DNA of 64,000 nucleotides from a virus. This document shows positions 38,444-47,236 of the stretch, piece after piece (positions within the stretch are counted from its first letter, which is position 1; every line of letters starts with the position of its first letter). The stretch lies in the IMG/VR virus record IMGVR_UViG_3300028837_004134, positions 19,417-83,416 of that record. One strand, 5' to 3'. Under the pieces are notes generated by a model. That model had not been told where the DNA came from. It made no database searches and was given only the letters and a program-made list of their open reading frames with translations. The position numbers and the translations under genes were made by a program.

Positions 38444-38604
38444 GAAAGGGGATATCATGTCTTGGTTTTCACGATTGTTTGGGGAAAAGCAAGAAGTAAT
38501 GCTCTTCCTTGCAGGTAGTGAGAAGATATTGGAAAAACGGACCTAGGAGAAAAAGTAAGAGGCTCATCGAAGTGCTGAGTATGGAGGGAATGTGCAATGG
38601 AGAC

Positions 38605-38672
38605 GGCTAACAAAGCGCTGTACCTGACCGCTATTTCGCTACGCTCCATAGCGGCAGGTGAGCTTTTATGGG
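38605..38672 (+). other. Second attC site with eroded R' end
   Basis: GGCTAACAAAGCGCTGTACCTGACCGCTAT..ATAGCGGCAGGTGAGCT. Confidence 0.7.
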
Positions 38673-38714
38673 CTAATCCCATCTGATGACCAATTAATAT
38701 TCCATCCTCTTCCT

Positions 38715-38954
38715 TCAATTAGAAGTAGAAGCTCCCGCCACGATCTGACGCACGCGACGCGGAGTCACGCCGGAAAGTCTGGCGATCTCACGTGTGGAGA
38801 TTCCTTGGTCTTTCAGGGCAAGCACCAGTTTGCGACGCTCGTGGTAGAAGCAGGTATCGCTCGGCACCCACAGAAGGCCGGTGAAGTGCTCTTGGATAGC
38901 ACGCAGCAGTTCGGGCGGCAGAACGTCTTTGGCATTCGCATAGTCTCGTTTCAC
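38715..38954 (-). CDS. Small HTH protein (Mor/CD3324-like)
   Basis: YANAKDVLPPELLRAIQ..ISTREIARLSGVTPRRVRQIV; GTGA-coupled. Confidence 0.7.
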   Translation of the reverse strand: MKRDYANAKDVLPPELLRAIQEHFTGLLWVPSDTCFYHERRKLVLALKDQGISTREIARLSGVTPRRVRQIVAGASTSN

Positions 38955-39784
38955 TTTTCGTTCCTCATTCTTCTCAGCCATGGTTGATCCACATCTGGGT
39001 TATAGAACCTCAGACGGTTTTCCTTCGATGTCGTTCCGTCAATCTCGATTGACTGCCTGGTGACTTCGCCGATACGTACATTGCCATCCACAAAACACAC
39101 CAGACCGTAGTCCTGACCATAAGGGAAACGAAGACATCCTCGGTTCTGGTAGAGACTGGCTTCGCTCCATCCGAGGGAAAGAGCTTTATCACGTATGGCG
39201 TCCACCTTGGCAATGGCCCGTGTAGAAACCTCCTGCGTGAATTGCCACTCGCCGTTCTTCGGATAGAGAAATCGTGAGCCCGGCAGGGGCCTCTCCTCCG
39301 GTGCAACTTGTTTGAGTGCATATTGAATACCCTGTCCAAATGTCTCGAGCACCGGCGGAGAATATGTCTTCGGGTCCAGCGACTGGATCGCAGAACGAAG
39401 TGTGTCCTCACCAAAACGATTCACTGCCCAGGTGTGGATATCATCAAACCGGGTACGCAGCTTGTCGAAAGCAGGTGATGAGATTCGTCCCAAGTCCGCT
39501 GCCTTCCTGGCCAATGCCATCTTATGCTTGAGCCAAGCGTAGTAGTCCGGATCGAGCCGACGGAAACAGGTGTCATCAATGCTGACGTCCCGGGCGTAGT
39601 ACTTCGGCGTCAACGTCTCCCATGATTCAAGGTTCGTGGCCACATAGAGTGCCGCCTCCTGCGTGGTTTCATCACCAGCCGTGACGTCCTCCGCGCAGGA
39701 CTGGTTCTCTGACTCGGTTTCAGAGACATCAATCGGTATCGTGGCCCCCGCCGTCTGTTCCATCATGAGTTTGAGAAGGCTCAC
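38951..39784 (-). CDS. Element hypothetical protein
   Basis: 277-aa ORF downstream of promoter motif copy 4. Confidence 0.7.
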   Translation of the reverse strand: MSLLKLMMEQTAGATIPIDVSETESENQSCAEDVTAGDETTQEAALYVATNLESWETLTPKYYARDVSIDDTCFRRLDPDYYAWLKHKMALARKAADLGRISSPAFDKLRTRFDDIHTWAVNRFGEDTLRSAIQSLDPKTYSPPVLETFGQGIQYALKQVAPEERPLPGSRFLYPKNGEWQFTQEVSTRAIAKVDAIRDKALSLGWSEASLYQNRGCLRFPYGQDYGLVCFVDGNVRIGEVTRQSIEIDGTTSKENRLRFYNPDVDQPWLRRMRNEK

Positions 39785-39820
39785 TTTCGGTACTCCACTT
39801 AGTAGAATTTCCTCCCGAGA

Positions 39821-39851
39821 TACTTACCGGAACGAACCGGATAGTGCCGAA
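39821..39851 (-). promoter_or_regulatory. Element sigma-type promoter motif copy 4
   Basis: TTCGGC-N15-CCGGTAAGTA. Confidence 0.65.
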
Positions 39852-39852
39852 T

Positions 39853-40172
39853 TGCGAAGGTGCGAAGGGTCAAGAACATGAAAAGAACCTTCGCAGGAGC
39901 CTTCGCATTGCTGTAACTGATTGATAAGAAAGATAGATATGATAAAGAGAAGGTGAAGGTGCGAAGGTAGTAGGTAGAGTTACTCACGTGTGAGCAGAGA
40001 AACACAAGGGGATTAGTCAGGCGGCGGCCATGACATGTGAGTTTTTTTTCTCAGGTAAGGGGGGTGGACCCCCGAAACCCTTCGCGCCTTCGCGCGATCA
40101 GCATAATGGCTTGCTATGGAGGGGCTTACGGGCGTGAAGGTCCTTCGCCGTTTGCGAAGGGTACCCTTCGCA
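39853..40172. repeat. Iteron cluster / putative replication origin
   Basis: About ten GCGAAGG/CCTTCGC copies in both orientations around an A-rich tract, directly after the primase gene. Confidence 0.7.
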
Positions 40173-40198
40173 TCGTCCCGGTAGAGACATGGGTTTCT

Positions 40199-43100
40199 TC
40201 AGATGAGGAAGGTAATGTCGTAGGTGGCAGTGCGACGGACCGAGTGCGAAGAACGGTTGACCGTAATCTCGAACCCCACTTCCCTGATCGTCTCCAGGTC
40301 ATTCGAGAACCGTTGGGCAAACTGCTGGACGGAGTTCATGTGGAATGAAAGGCCGAAGTCCTTGGATAGACGCTTGATGGCCACGAAGAGGTCACGGGCA
40401 AGAGCGCCCTTGATGGTAGTCTCGTCCTGGAAGTCAATCTGGTAACGTTCGAGAAACGCCGCCTTGTTCGTCTTGGCGACATTGACGGTGGTGCACTCTA
40501 AATCAGCTTCAAGCGCATGGCGGTAGGCCTTGAAGAGCGCCGCCAGGCAGGTGGCAATGGGGTTGGATTCCCGCGCGGTCTCCATACTGACGCTGTTGAG
40601 CGAGGCGATCCGGTCCAGGAACTGCGGGTGGAGTTCATCAAGGGCCTGGTCGATCACTTCCGGCAGTTCGCCGGCCAGCATCATCAGGTACATCAGGCTG
40701 AGGTAGTCGTTGCAACGGCGCTTGCCGTGGTTGCCCAGGGTCCTATGGAGCAGGCGCATCACCTTCTCCTGCGCGCCGTCCCGCAGCATGGCCAACACCT
40801 GACAGGTGCGTTTCATCATGGCGGAGACGATGAGGTCGCGGTGCTCCCGAATGGCGGCCAGTATTTTCGCTTCGAGGAAGCAATCGCTGGCCTGCTCGTC
40901 CATTTCAAAGCGGATGATGAACGAGCGCGACAGGATTTCCGCGAGTTCCCCACCCAGCGGCTCAATGCCGGTGGTGTTCAGCAGACACTTGGTGCGCTCG
41001 ATGACAGTCTCGGTATCGGTGCCGCTCTTGCGCTTCTCCTTGGCGATGCCGGTGATGCTGGTCAGGATGAAAGTAGTTAGGTCCTCGGTCATCTGCTTGA
41101 CCTCGATGTTGTCGAGGACGATGAGCGGGTTCTGGGAGCCGTCGGTGTAGTTGGCCGCGTCAGTGCTCTTCTTCTGCTGGGGCTCGCCGTAGAGCAGGGC
41201 AGAGATCAGTTTGCTGGCCGTGGTTTTACCCGAGCCGGCTGGACCTTCGAAACGTGTCATCGGTCGCGTCCCGGCGAAATCGATCAGCAAAAAACAGGAC
41301 AGCCACGAGAGGATCAGAGACCTTTCGCCCGGAGCGCAGGTCATGTTGTCCAGGATCAACCCCACCAGGAGGCGGTCGGCTTCGTCTGGATCGGCGTCCG
41401 GCAGAAAGCGGATCGGAGCCATCTTGCGTGAGCCGTCCAAAATAATGCCATCCGCATTACCGCCGTTCTTGAGAACTTCGATTTCATCCGCCGTGATTCT
41501 GACGATCTCGTGATCGGTGTTGTTTAGGTTGAAGTAGATGGTGTTCCGCGCCACGTCCGTGTGAAGCCATGAAAAGTGATCCCGCACCTGCCCGCGTTCA
41601 ACGGCAAGGTTCGCCAGCACCTCGTAGAAGGTCCGACCGCCCCCGGTGGTCTGAACGAGCCCTGTATGTTTGTAGATGACCGAGGAGTAGAGCCTCTTGC
41701 GTCCGCGGTCCGAGGTGTCCATCCAAAATATGGCGTCCTCAAAAAACATGAACGGCTCGCCCTGTGGCGTGCGAAAGAAACGAGCTCCATTGGCGGCAAA
41801 CCAATCGTAAGCGGCCTCGGCCACACGGGGATAGTCCGGTGATCCGGATTCCTCCTCCGTTTCAAACATGATCTGTTCTATTCGGGCCCGGCAGGAGCCG
41901 GCTGGGGCGCTTGGCGTTCGTTTCTCCCGTTTCTTCTCCTGCTTGGTCTGAGCGCGTCTTTCCTTTTGCAATACGCGAATCTGGTCGCGCAGGATGGCGA
42001 GGGAAAGATTGGATTTCCCGAAGTGCTCCTGGATGAGTTTCAGATGCCGGTTCTGTTCAAGAGGAACAAGCTGGGCCACCTCGCGCAACACCGGCCCAAG
42101 TGACCGGTTCCTTTCCTCCTCGGACACGTCGGCGGGCAGGCGTGAAATCCCGAACTCCAGTGGCATCTTCGCCTCGGCGATCAGTCCCTCGAAATCCGCC
42201 GCGGTGTGCCCGGCGGCGAAAAAATCGTTGACATCGATCTTGGCCGCGGCCAGAAGTTCTTCGGCTTCCTTGATCTCTTTTTCCGAACGTCCGTCAAGGC
42301 GCTGGGTGAGATCCCGCGGACCTAGCGCGGTATCCAGGCCAAAACGCTCTTTGAGCTCTTGACGGGCGTTTTCCCGATGCTCGTCGAGGGGAAGGACCAC
42401 CAGTCTGGTTTGAATCTTGTGCCCGGCGAGAACGGACGCGGTTTTAAGCGCACCGTGCAATCCGGCCTGGGAAATCTCGTTGTCCTGGCAGATGTAGACG
42501 GTCTTGACGCTGCGCAGACGCGGCAGCAGCCGTTCCCAGTCAGCGCCGCGGATACGGACCGTGACCGGCGACACCGCTACGAACCCGTGCTCCATGAGTG
42601 AAATGCAATCGGTGACGCCCTCGGTGATGATCAACCGCTCAGGATTTGCCAGCAGACAATCCTCGTTGAATAGATAGCCGTTGTTGATACAGGGGGCGAT
42701 GTGCTTGTTCGAACTGTCGTTGTGGACCGGGAGCTTCTTGTATTTGCCATGCTCCCAGTTCCGGTCCGGAGTCCACGGCGTTTTGCGGCCGATCATGAAG
42801 ACCACGCGACCGCGGCTCCAATAAGGGAAAACGATCCGTTTTTCAAAGAATGGGAAAAGGCCGTCCTGGCCGGTCGGGCGGAACGCTCCAGTCGCGGATA
42901 GCTCCCGCAAGCTGAAGCCGTGTTTCTTATTGGTCAGTGTGGCGATGACACCTACACGGCTTTCCGTATCCCCATTGTTATCCGCATAGCCGATAAGCAT
43001 GTTTTCAATGGTCTCATCCGTGATCCCGTACTGAGAATGAAGCCATTGGAACACTTCGGGTGCTTCCTTGAGCCGTTGGTGATAGAACGAAGCAAGTTCA

Positions 43101-43531
43101 GTCAGTGCAGCTTGGACACGCAGCTCCAGACTCCGAGCAGCTTCAGCTTCCGCCATTTGCTCCGGAGACAACCCATAGCTGGATAACGAGGGAAGACCCG
43201 CCTTGGCGGCCAGGAAATCGCGGGCACCTTGGTGACTCTCCGGCATGGGACCGGATTGACCCCGCGTTACGACACCAGAATGGATGAACTCCACCAAATG
43301 CAGCACATCGCCGCCCACGCCGCAGCCGAAACAGTACCATCCCTGCTTGTCCAGCATGACATGAAGCGACCGGTGAGACTGGCTCTTGTGGTTCGGGCAA
43401 TCGCATTGGAGCAGACGGTCGGATTCATGCAGGACGCGAGCGCCGAGCAGTTCCCTGGCGATTCCGCCGATATCCACCTCGGTAATCCGCCGGTAATAGT
43501 CCTTCACGTTGTTGGGCTGCTCCGATGCCAT
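40199..43531 (-). CDS. Primase-helicase (CHC2 zinc finger + Toprim + P-loop)
   Basis: CPNH..WYCFGC, IITEGVTD, ICQDNE, GPAGSGKTT, IVLDN. Confidence 0.88.
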   Translation of the reverse strand: MASEQPNNVKDYYRRITEVDIGGIARELLGARVLHESDRLLQCDCPNHKSQSHRSLHVMLDKQGWYCFGCGVGGDVLHLVEFIHSGVVTRGQSGPMPESHQGARDFLAAKAGLPSLSSYGLSPEQMAEAEAARSLELRVQAALTELASFYHQRLKEAPEVFQWLHSQYGITDETIENMLIGYADNNGDTESRVGVIATLTNKKHGFSLRELSATGAFRPTGQDGLFPFFEKRIVFPYWSRGRVVFMIGRKTPWTPDRNWEHGKYKKLPVHNDSSNKHIAPCINNGYLFNEDCLLANPERLIITEGVTDCISLMEHGFVAVSPVTVRIRGADWERLLPRLRSVKTVYICQDNEISQAGLHGALKTASVLAGHKIQTRLVVLPLDEHRENARQELKERFGLDTALGPRDLTQRLDGRSEKEIKEAEELLAAAKIDVNDFFAAGHTAADFEGLIAEAKMPLEFGISRLPADVSEEERNRSLGPVLREVAQLVPLEQNRHLKLIQEHFGKSNLSLAILRDQIRVLQKERRAQTKQEKKREKRTPSAPAGSCRARIEQIMFETEEESGSPDYPRVAEAAYDWFAANGARFFRTPQGEPFMFFEDAIFWMDTSDRGRKRLYSSVIYKHTGLVQTTGGGRTFYEVLANLAVERGQVRDHFSWLHTDVARNTIYFNLNNTDHEIVRITADEIEVLKNGGNADGIILDGSRKMAPIRFLPDADPDEADRLLVGLILDNMTCAPGERSLILSWLSCFLLIDFAGTRPMTRFEGPAGSGKTTASKLISALLYGEPQQKKSTDAANYTDGSQNPLIVLDNIEVKQMTEDLTTFILTSITGIAKEKRKSGTDTETVIERTKCLLNTTGIEPLGGELAEILSRSFIIRFEMDEQASDCFLEAKILAAIREHRDLIVSAMMKRTCQVLAMLRDGAQEKVMRLLHRTLGNHGKRRCNDYLSLMYLMMLAGELPEVIDQALDELHPQFLDRIASLNSVSMETARESNPIATCLAALFKAYRHALEADLECTTVNVAKTNKAAFLERYQIDFQDETTIKGALARDLFVAIKRLSKDFGLSFHMNSVQQFAQRFSNDLETIREVGFEITVNRSSHSVRRTATYDITFLI

Positions 43532-43567
43532 TTCGGCTCCGCCTTCACTGATTTCCACGCTGATTCA

Positions 43568-43598
43568 TACTTACCGAACCGAAACGAGTTTTGACGGG
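43568..43598 (-). promoter_or_regulatory. Element sigma-type promoter motif copy 5
   Basis: CCCGTC-N15-TCGGTAAGTA upstream of the primase. Confidence 0.6.
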
Positions 43599-43673
43599 GA
43601 TCGGATATTGTGTTTGATCTCGTGCTCTGAAGTGTTATCATATATTTTGGTATGGAGATTAAGGGAAGAGACT

Positions 43674-43898
43674 ATGAGTTTCTATATCTATGAAAACTGG
43701 ACTGCAGAAAACAAAGCAGTTATTCATCAGGGAAGTTGTGGTAACTGCAACCACGGACAAGGCTGTCACCCAAATCCCCTGGGTAAGAAAAATGGTCAAT
43801 GGCTCGGTCCATGTAATTCCCTGGCTGATGCACGAAGAGAAGCAAGAGCCACTGGAAGGCCGGTTCGAGAACATCGTTGCGTACGGAAAAGAGTATAG
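43674..43898 (+). CDS. Small Cys/His-rich protein (putative Zn-binding)
   Basis: IHQGSCGNCNHGQG..GQWLGP..EHRC; purine-rich SD. Confidence 0.65.
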   Translation: MSFYIYENWTAENKAVIHQGSCGNCNHGQGCHPNPLGKKNGQWLGPCNSLADARREARATGRPVREHRCVRKRV

Positions 43899-43929
43899 TG
43901 GCTCAATACCAAGACAAAGCCACGGACAT

Positions 43930-44103
43930 TCTTTCCAGTGCCGCGAACGCCCCTGGCGTGACGCCGGCATGGCCATCGAAAGCGAAACCACCCTCTCCGA
44001 TCAGGAACGCGGCAAGGAATGGGAATACCGCGTCATCGCTGTCAATCCGCCACGGCGGACCGGCGAAGGCGAACCCAACAACACCGTCATGGCGGTGCTG
44101 TAA
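43930..44103 (+). pseudogene. 3' remnant of a fibronectin type III protein
   Basis: QERGKEWEYRVIAVN..GEGEPNNTVMAVL* without its own start. Confidence 0.6.
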
Positions 44104-44205
44104 TGAAACAGAAGTTGGCCGGATGGACGATCTGGGAAGACTCCGAGACTTCCTGAATCGAATAACGGGCGTCTCCATACCTAAAGGTTAGCGGAGTAAC
44201 TCCAC

Positions 44206-47187
44206 ATGAGGCTGACTCGTTCTCAGTTTTACGTGTTGCTGCTTGCGATTCTGACTGTGGCTGTTGGGGCCATGACCAACGTCGCCACAGGTCAGATGCC
44301 AACTTGGCTTCAGCCTTACCTGTGGCTATCGTGGCCCATTTTGGGCGTGCTTGTTGTCCTCTTCATTATTCTTAGTGTACACCAGATCCATCAAAAGGAA
44401 CCCGAGCCCCCGCACCCCTCCGAGCCAGAACCGCTAATCCGAGAGCGCAGAAACGAAAGGAGGGCGCTGCGCAACTACCTTGAGCAACTCATTGAAGAGC
44501 ACAAGTATTTTACTTTTCTTAGACGAGCGAAACCCCTTGATCTTGAGAGAATCTACATCGCCTTGAGGGTTGGAGAATACGTGCCACGGCAACTTCAACC
44601 AGATGAACCCATGCAGACTGTGTCGGGGAAATTGCCTTGCCAGCGCTCAGGCACAGTGGAGGTGCCTGAGGCGCTTCGGCTGCACCGTCGTTTGGCAGTG
44701 CTCGGTGAGCCAGGCGGCGGCAAGACGACGCTGCTAAAATATCTCGCCCTACGCGTCGCTAGGCGAGACCCTGCCTTAAGTGAGTACGCCCGTGAGAGAG
44801 TGTTCAACTGGCTCCCCCGTTTGGCAGATCGCATTCACGGGCGTTTAGCCATAGTAAATGTCGGTTGCGTCGTTGAGTTGTGTGGTCCTGTTGCCCTGGG
44901 TTTCTGGATCTGGGGGCTGTTCCATTCTCCGCATCCACTGTTCGCGGTGCTGTTAGGACTCGTTCTGCTCGTCATGCCGCTGCTTATTTTCCTCAGGGCC
45001 TCAAGAATTCTCACGGCGCTGAGCATTGGGCTGTTAATGTATTACTCTTTGGCAGGGCTTGTGCCGTTATTGGCCGTCGGGGCGATGGCGGTCCCCCTGA
45101 TAATGGCGTTCTATCCCTTCTGGATTCAGCCCCCTCTGGCAGTGCTGAAGTGGCTTCGAGAGCGTTCGACACGCTATCCGCTGCCATTGCATCTGACTCT
45201 GAATGACCTAGCCGAGAGTGATGAACTCCTAGAAGTGCACCTAACAAGGACGCTACTGGAAGCGGGGTTCGCTCGTCCCCAGCGGTTTCTCCAGCGAAAG
45301 TTGGATAGGGGAGAGTGCCTTATCCTCTTGGATGCTCTGGACGAAGTGGTGGACGAAGCGGCCTATCGCCGGGTCGCAAAGGAAATCAACCGCTTCGCCC
45401 TTGCCTATCACCGCAACCAGATTATCGTGACCTGTAGGATTGCCAGTTTTCGGGGTTTGCTTCAGGGCTTTCTTCAGTTAGAGGTGCAGGAGTTAAACGA
45501 GAAGCAGGTGGCACTCTTTACTAGGAACTGGTTCGCCGATAGCCCACCCGAGGAGCAGGAAACCAGAGTGGACGGACTGTTGCGCTGTCTGGGGCGCAGC
45601 CCTCGGATGCGGGTGCTGACGAGTAATCCTCTTCTCCTATCCATCATAGCCCTGCTCTACGAGAATAAACTCACCCTGCCCGAGAGGCGTGTGGAACTAT
45701 ACGAGGAGTGCGCGCAAGTCCTGCTGAAGGAATTAGAACGTCTGAAGGGACTGGATACCGAGGCGCGTTTTCCCCCAGAGAAGAAGAGGAGTACGCTTCA
45801 GTCTGTTGCCACCCACTTCCACGAAAAAGGTGTTCGCATCTTCACCGAAGAGGCGCTCCTGACTGCCCTTGCAGAGGTGCTGCCCAGCCTTGGTTATCCC
45901 GGCACGCACAAAAGGGAGTTCCTCAAGGAGATTATGGGGCGCAGCGGCTTGCTTAGGCAGAAGTCCCGAACCTCCTACGACTTCGCCCATCTGACTTTTC
46001 AGGAGTTTTTCACGGCCGCTGCCTTCAACGAGAAGGGAGATGCTGAGTCGCTTCTCACACATTTGAATGACCCCTGGTGGCGTGAGGTTATCTTGTTGTT
46101 CGTGGGGCTTCTGGGCGATGCCACTCAACTCCTTGAGAGGTTGAAAAGGCACGACGTCCTGCTGGGGGCTGCTGCCCTTGCCGATGCCCGCCCTGTGCAT
46201 ACAGAGCCCTTTGAGAGGGTTGCTGGCAAGATTATCGCTGAGCTAACGCACTTAATGGAGGAGGATTCACAGCGCTGCCAAGAGGCTGCCGATGCCCTTG
46301 CCGAAATAGCCCGATGGGGCGCGACTGAATATCTGGTTCAGAAAGTACGTGCCGAGGGACAGCCGCCCATCGCGCTGGCAGCCGTTATAGGACTAACACG
46401 GGCAGCGGATAGAGAAGTGCTCGACCATCTTTTAGACCCACTGGGACCCATCCTGCGCCTGCTTAATGGCAGTCTGGGGCGATTCAATGCTGCGATGGAC
46501 GAGCGCATCCTGTTACCCTTAGAGACCATTGATTTCCCTATGATCTTTGTTTCAGCAGGAGAGTTCTTGATAGACTTCCAAGCATCCAATAAGCGACAGG
46601 TACATTTGGATGATTACTGGATTGATAAGTATCCAGTAACCAATGCCCAGTTTCAGCGGTTTGTGAGCGAGTCAGGTTATCAAGCACAAGGGGACTGGCG
46701 AAAAGCGTCCATCCCAGGCAAGGAAAATCATCCGGTCGTCAATGTGAGCTGGCATGATGCTGTCGCATTCTGCAAGTGGGCAGGCAAGAGCCTTCCGACC
46801 GAGGCACAGTGGGAGAAGGCTGCTCATGGCACCGATGGTCGACACTACCCATGGGGAAATCAAGAGGATAGAACCCGATGCAACTTGTCGTTGCGGGGCA
46901 CGACCCCAGTTGATCAGTATCCTAGCGGCGTTAGCCCCTGCGGGTGCCACGATATAGAAGGTAATGTCCGGGAATGGTGTGCTATGAATTCTTACCATTA
47001 CTCGTCTGATTCCGACCGTGCCGGACCTACCCAAGAGACAAAGCGTGTGTTGCGTAGTGGGTCGTGGGACTACAGGCGCGAGGCGGCTTTATGCCCCACC
47101 CTCTATGCGCGGGCAGACCCTGAGACTTGGAACCGTGATTGGGGTTTTCGGTGTGCAGTGTCGCATGTTCCTCAGGCAGGAAGTTGA
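44206..47187 (+). CDS. NACHT NTPase with TM helices, HEAT-like repeats and C-terminal FGE/SUMF1 domain
   Basis: GEPGGGKTT, LILLDALDE, VTCR, NPLLL, FAHLTFQEFF, WWREVI; YPVTNAQF..HPVVNVSW..LPTEAQWEKAA..GFRC. Confidence 0.9.
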   Translation: MRLTRSQFYVLLLAILTVAVGAMTNVATGQMPTWLQPYLWLSWPILGVLVVLFIILSVHQIHQKEPEPPHPSEPEPLIRERRNERRALRNYLEQLIEEHKYFTFLRRAKPLDLERIYIALRVGEYVPRQLQPDEPMQTVSGKLPCQRSGTVEVPEALRLHRRLAVLGEPGGGKTTLLKYLALRVARRDPALSEYARERVFNWLPRLADRIHGRLAIVNVGCVVELCGPVALGFWIWGLFHSPHPLFAVLLGLVLLVMPLLIFLRASRILTALSIGLLMYYSLAGLVPLLAVGAMAVPLIMAFYPFWIQPPLAVLKWLRERSTRYPLPLHLTLNDLAESDELLEVHLTRTLLEAGFARPQRFLQRKLDRGECLILLDALDEVVDEAAYRRVAKEINRFALAYHRNQIIVTCRIASFRGLLQGFLQLEVQELNEKQVALFTRNWFADSPPEEQETRVDGLLRCLGRSPRMRVLTSNPLLLSIIALLYENKLTLPERRVELYEECAQVLLKELERLKGLDTEARFPPEKKRSTLQSVATHFHEKGVRIFTEEALLTALAEVLPSLGYPGTHKREFLKEIMGRSGLLRQKSRTSYDFAHLTFQEFFTAAAFNEKGDAESLLTHLNDPWWREVILLFVGLLGDATQLLERLKRHDVLLGAAALADARPVHTEPFERVAGKIIAELTHLMEEDSQRCQEAADALAEIARWGATEYLVQKVRAEGQPPIALAAVIGLTRAADREVLDHLLDPLGPILRLLNGSLGRFNAAMDERILLPLETIDFPMIFVSAGEFLIDFQASNKRQVHLDDYWIDKYPVTNAQFQRFVSESGYQAQGDWRKASIPGKENHPVVNVSWHDAVAFCKWAGKSLPTEAQWEKAAHGTDGRHYPWGNQEDRTRCNLSLRGTTPVDQYPSGVSPCGCHDIEGNVREWCAMNSYHYSSDSDRAGPTQETKRVLRSGSWDYRREAALCPTLYARADPETWNRDWGFRCAVSHVPQAGS

Positions 47188-47236
47188 GTTTATGAGTATG
47201 TGATCTCATGGGGAAAGATCGAATACTGTGCGCGGT

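Noticed and set aside
39853-40172. Short repeats as a CRISPR array
   Set aside because: 7-8 bp units, mixed orientation, irregular spacing, no cas genes.
46540-47187. FGE/C-lectin domain as a diversity-generating retroelement target
   Set aside because: No reverse transcriptase and no template repeat of this 3' end seen in the window.
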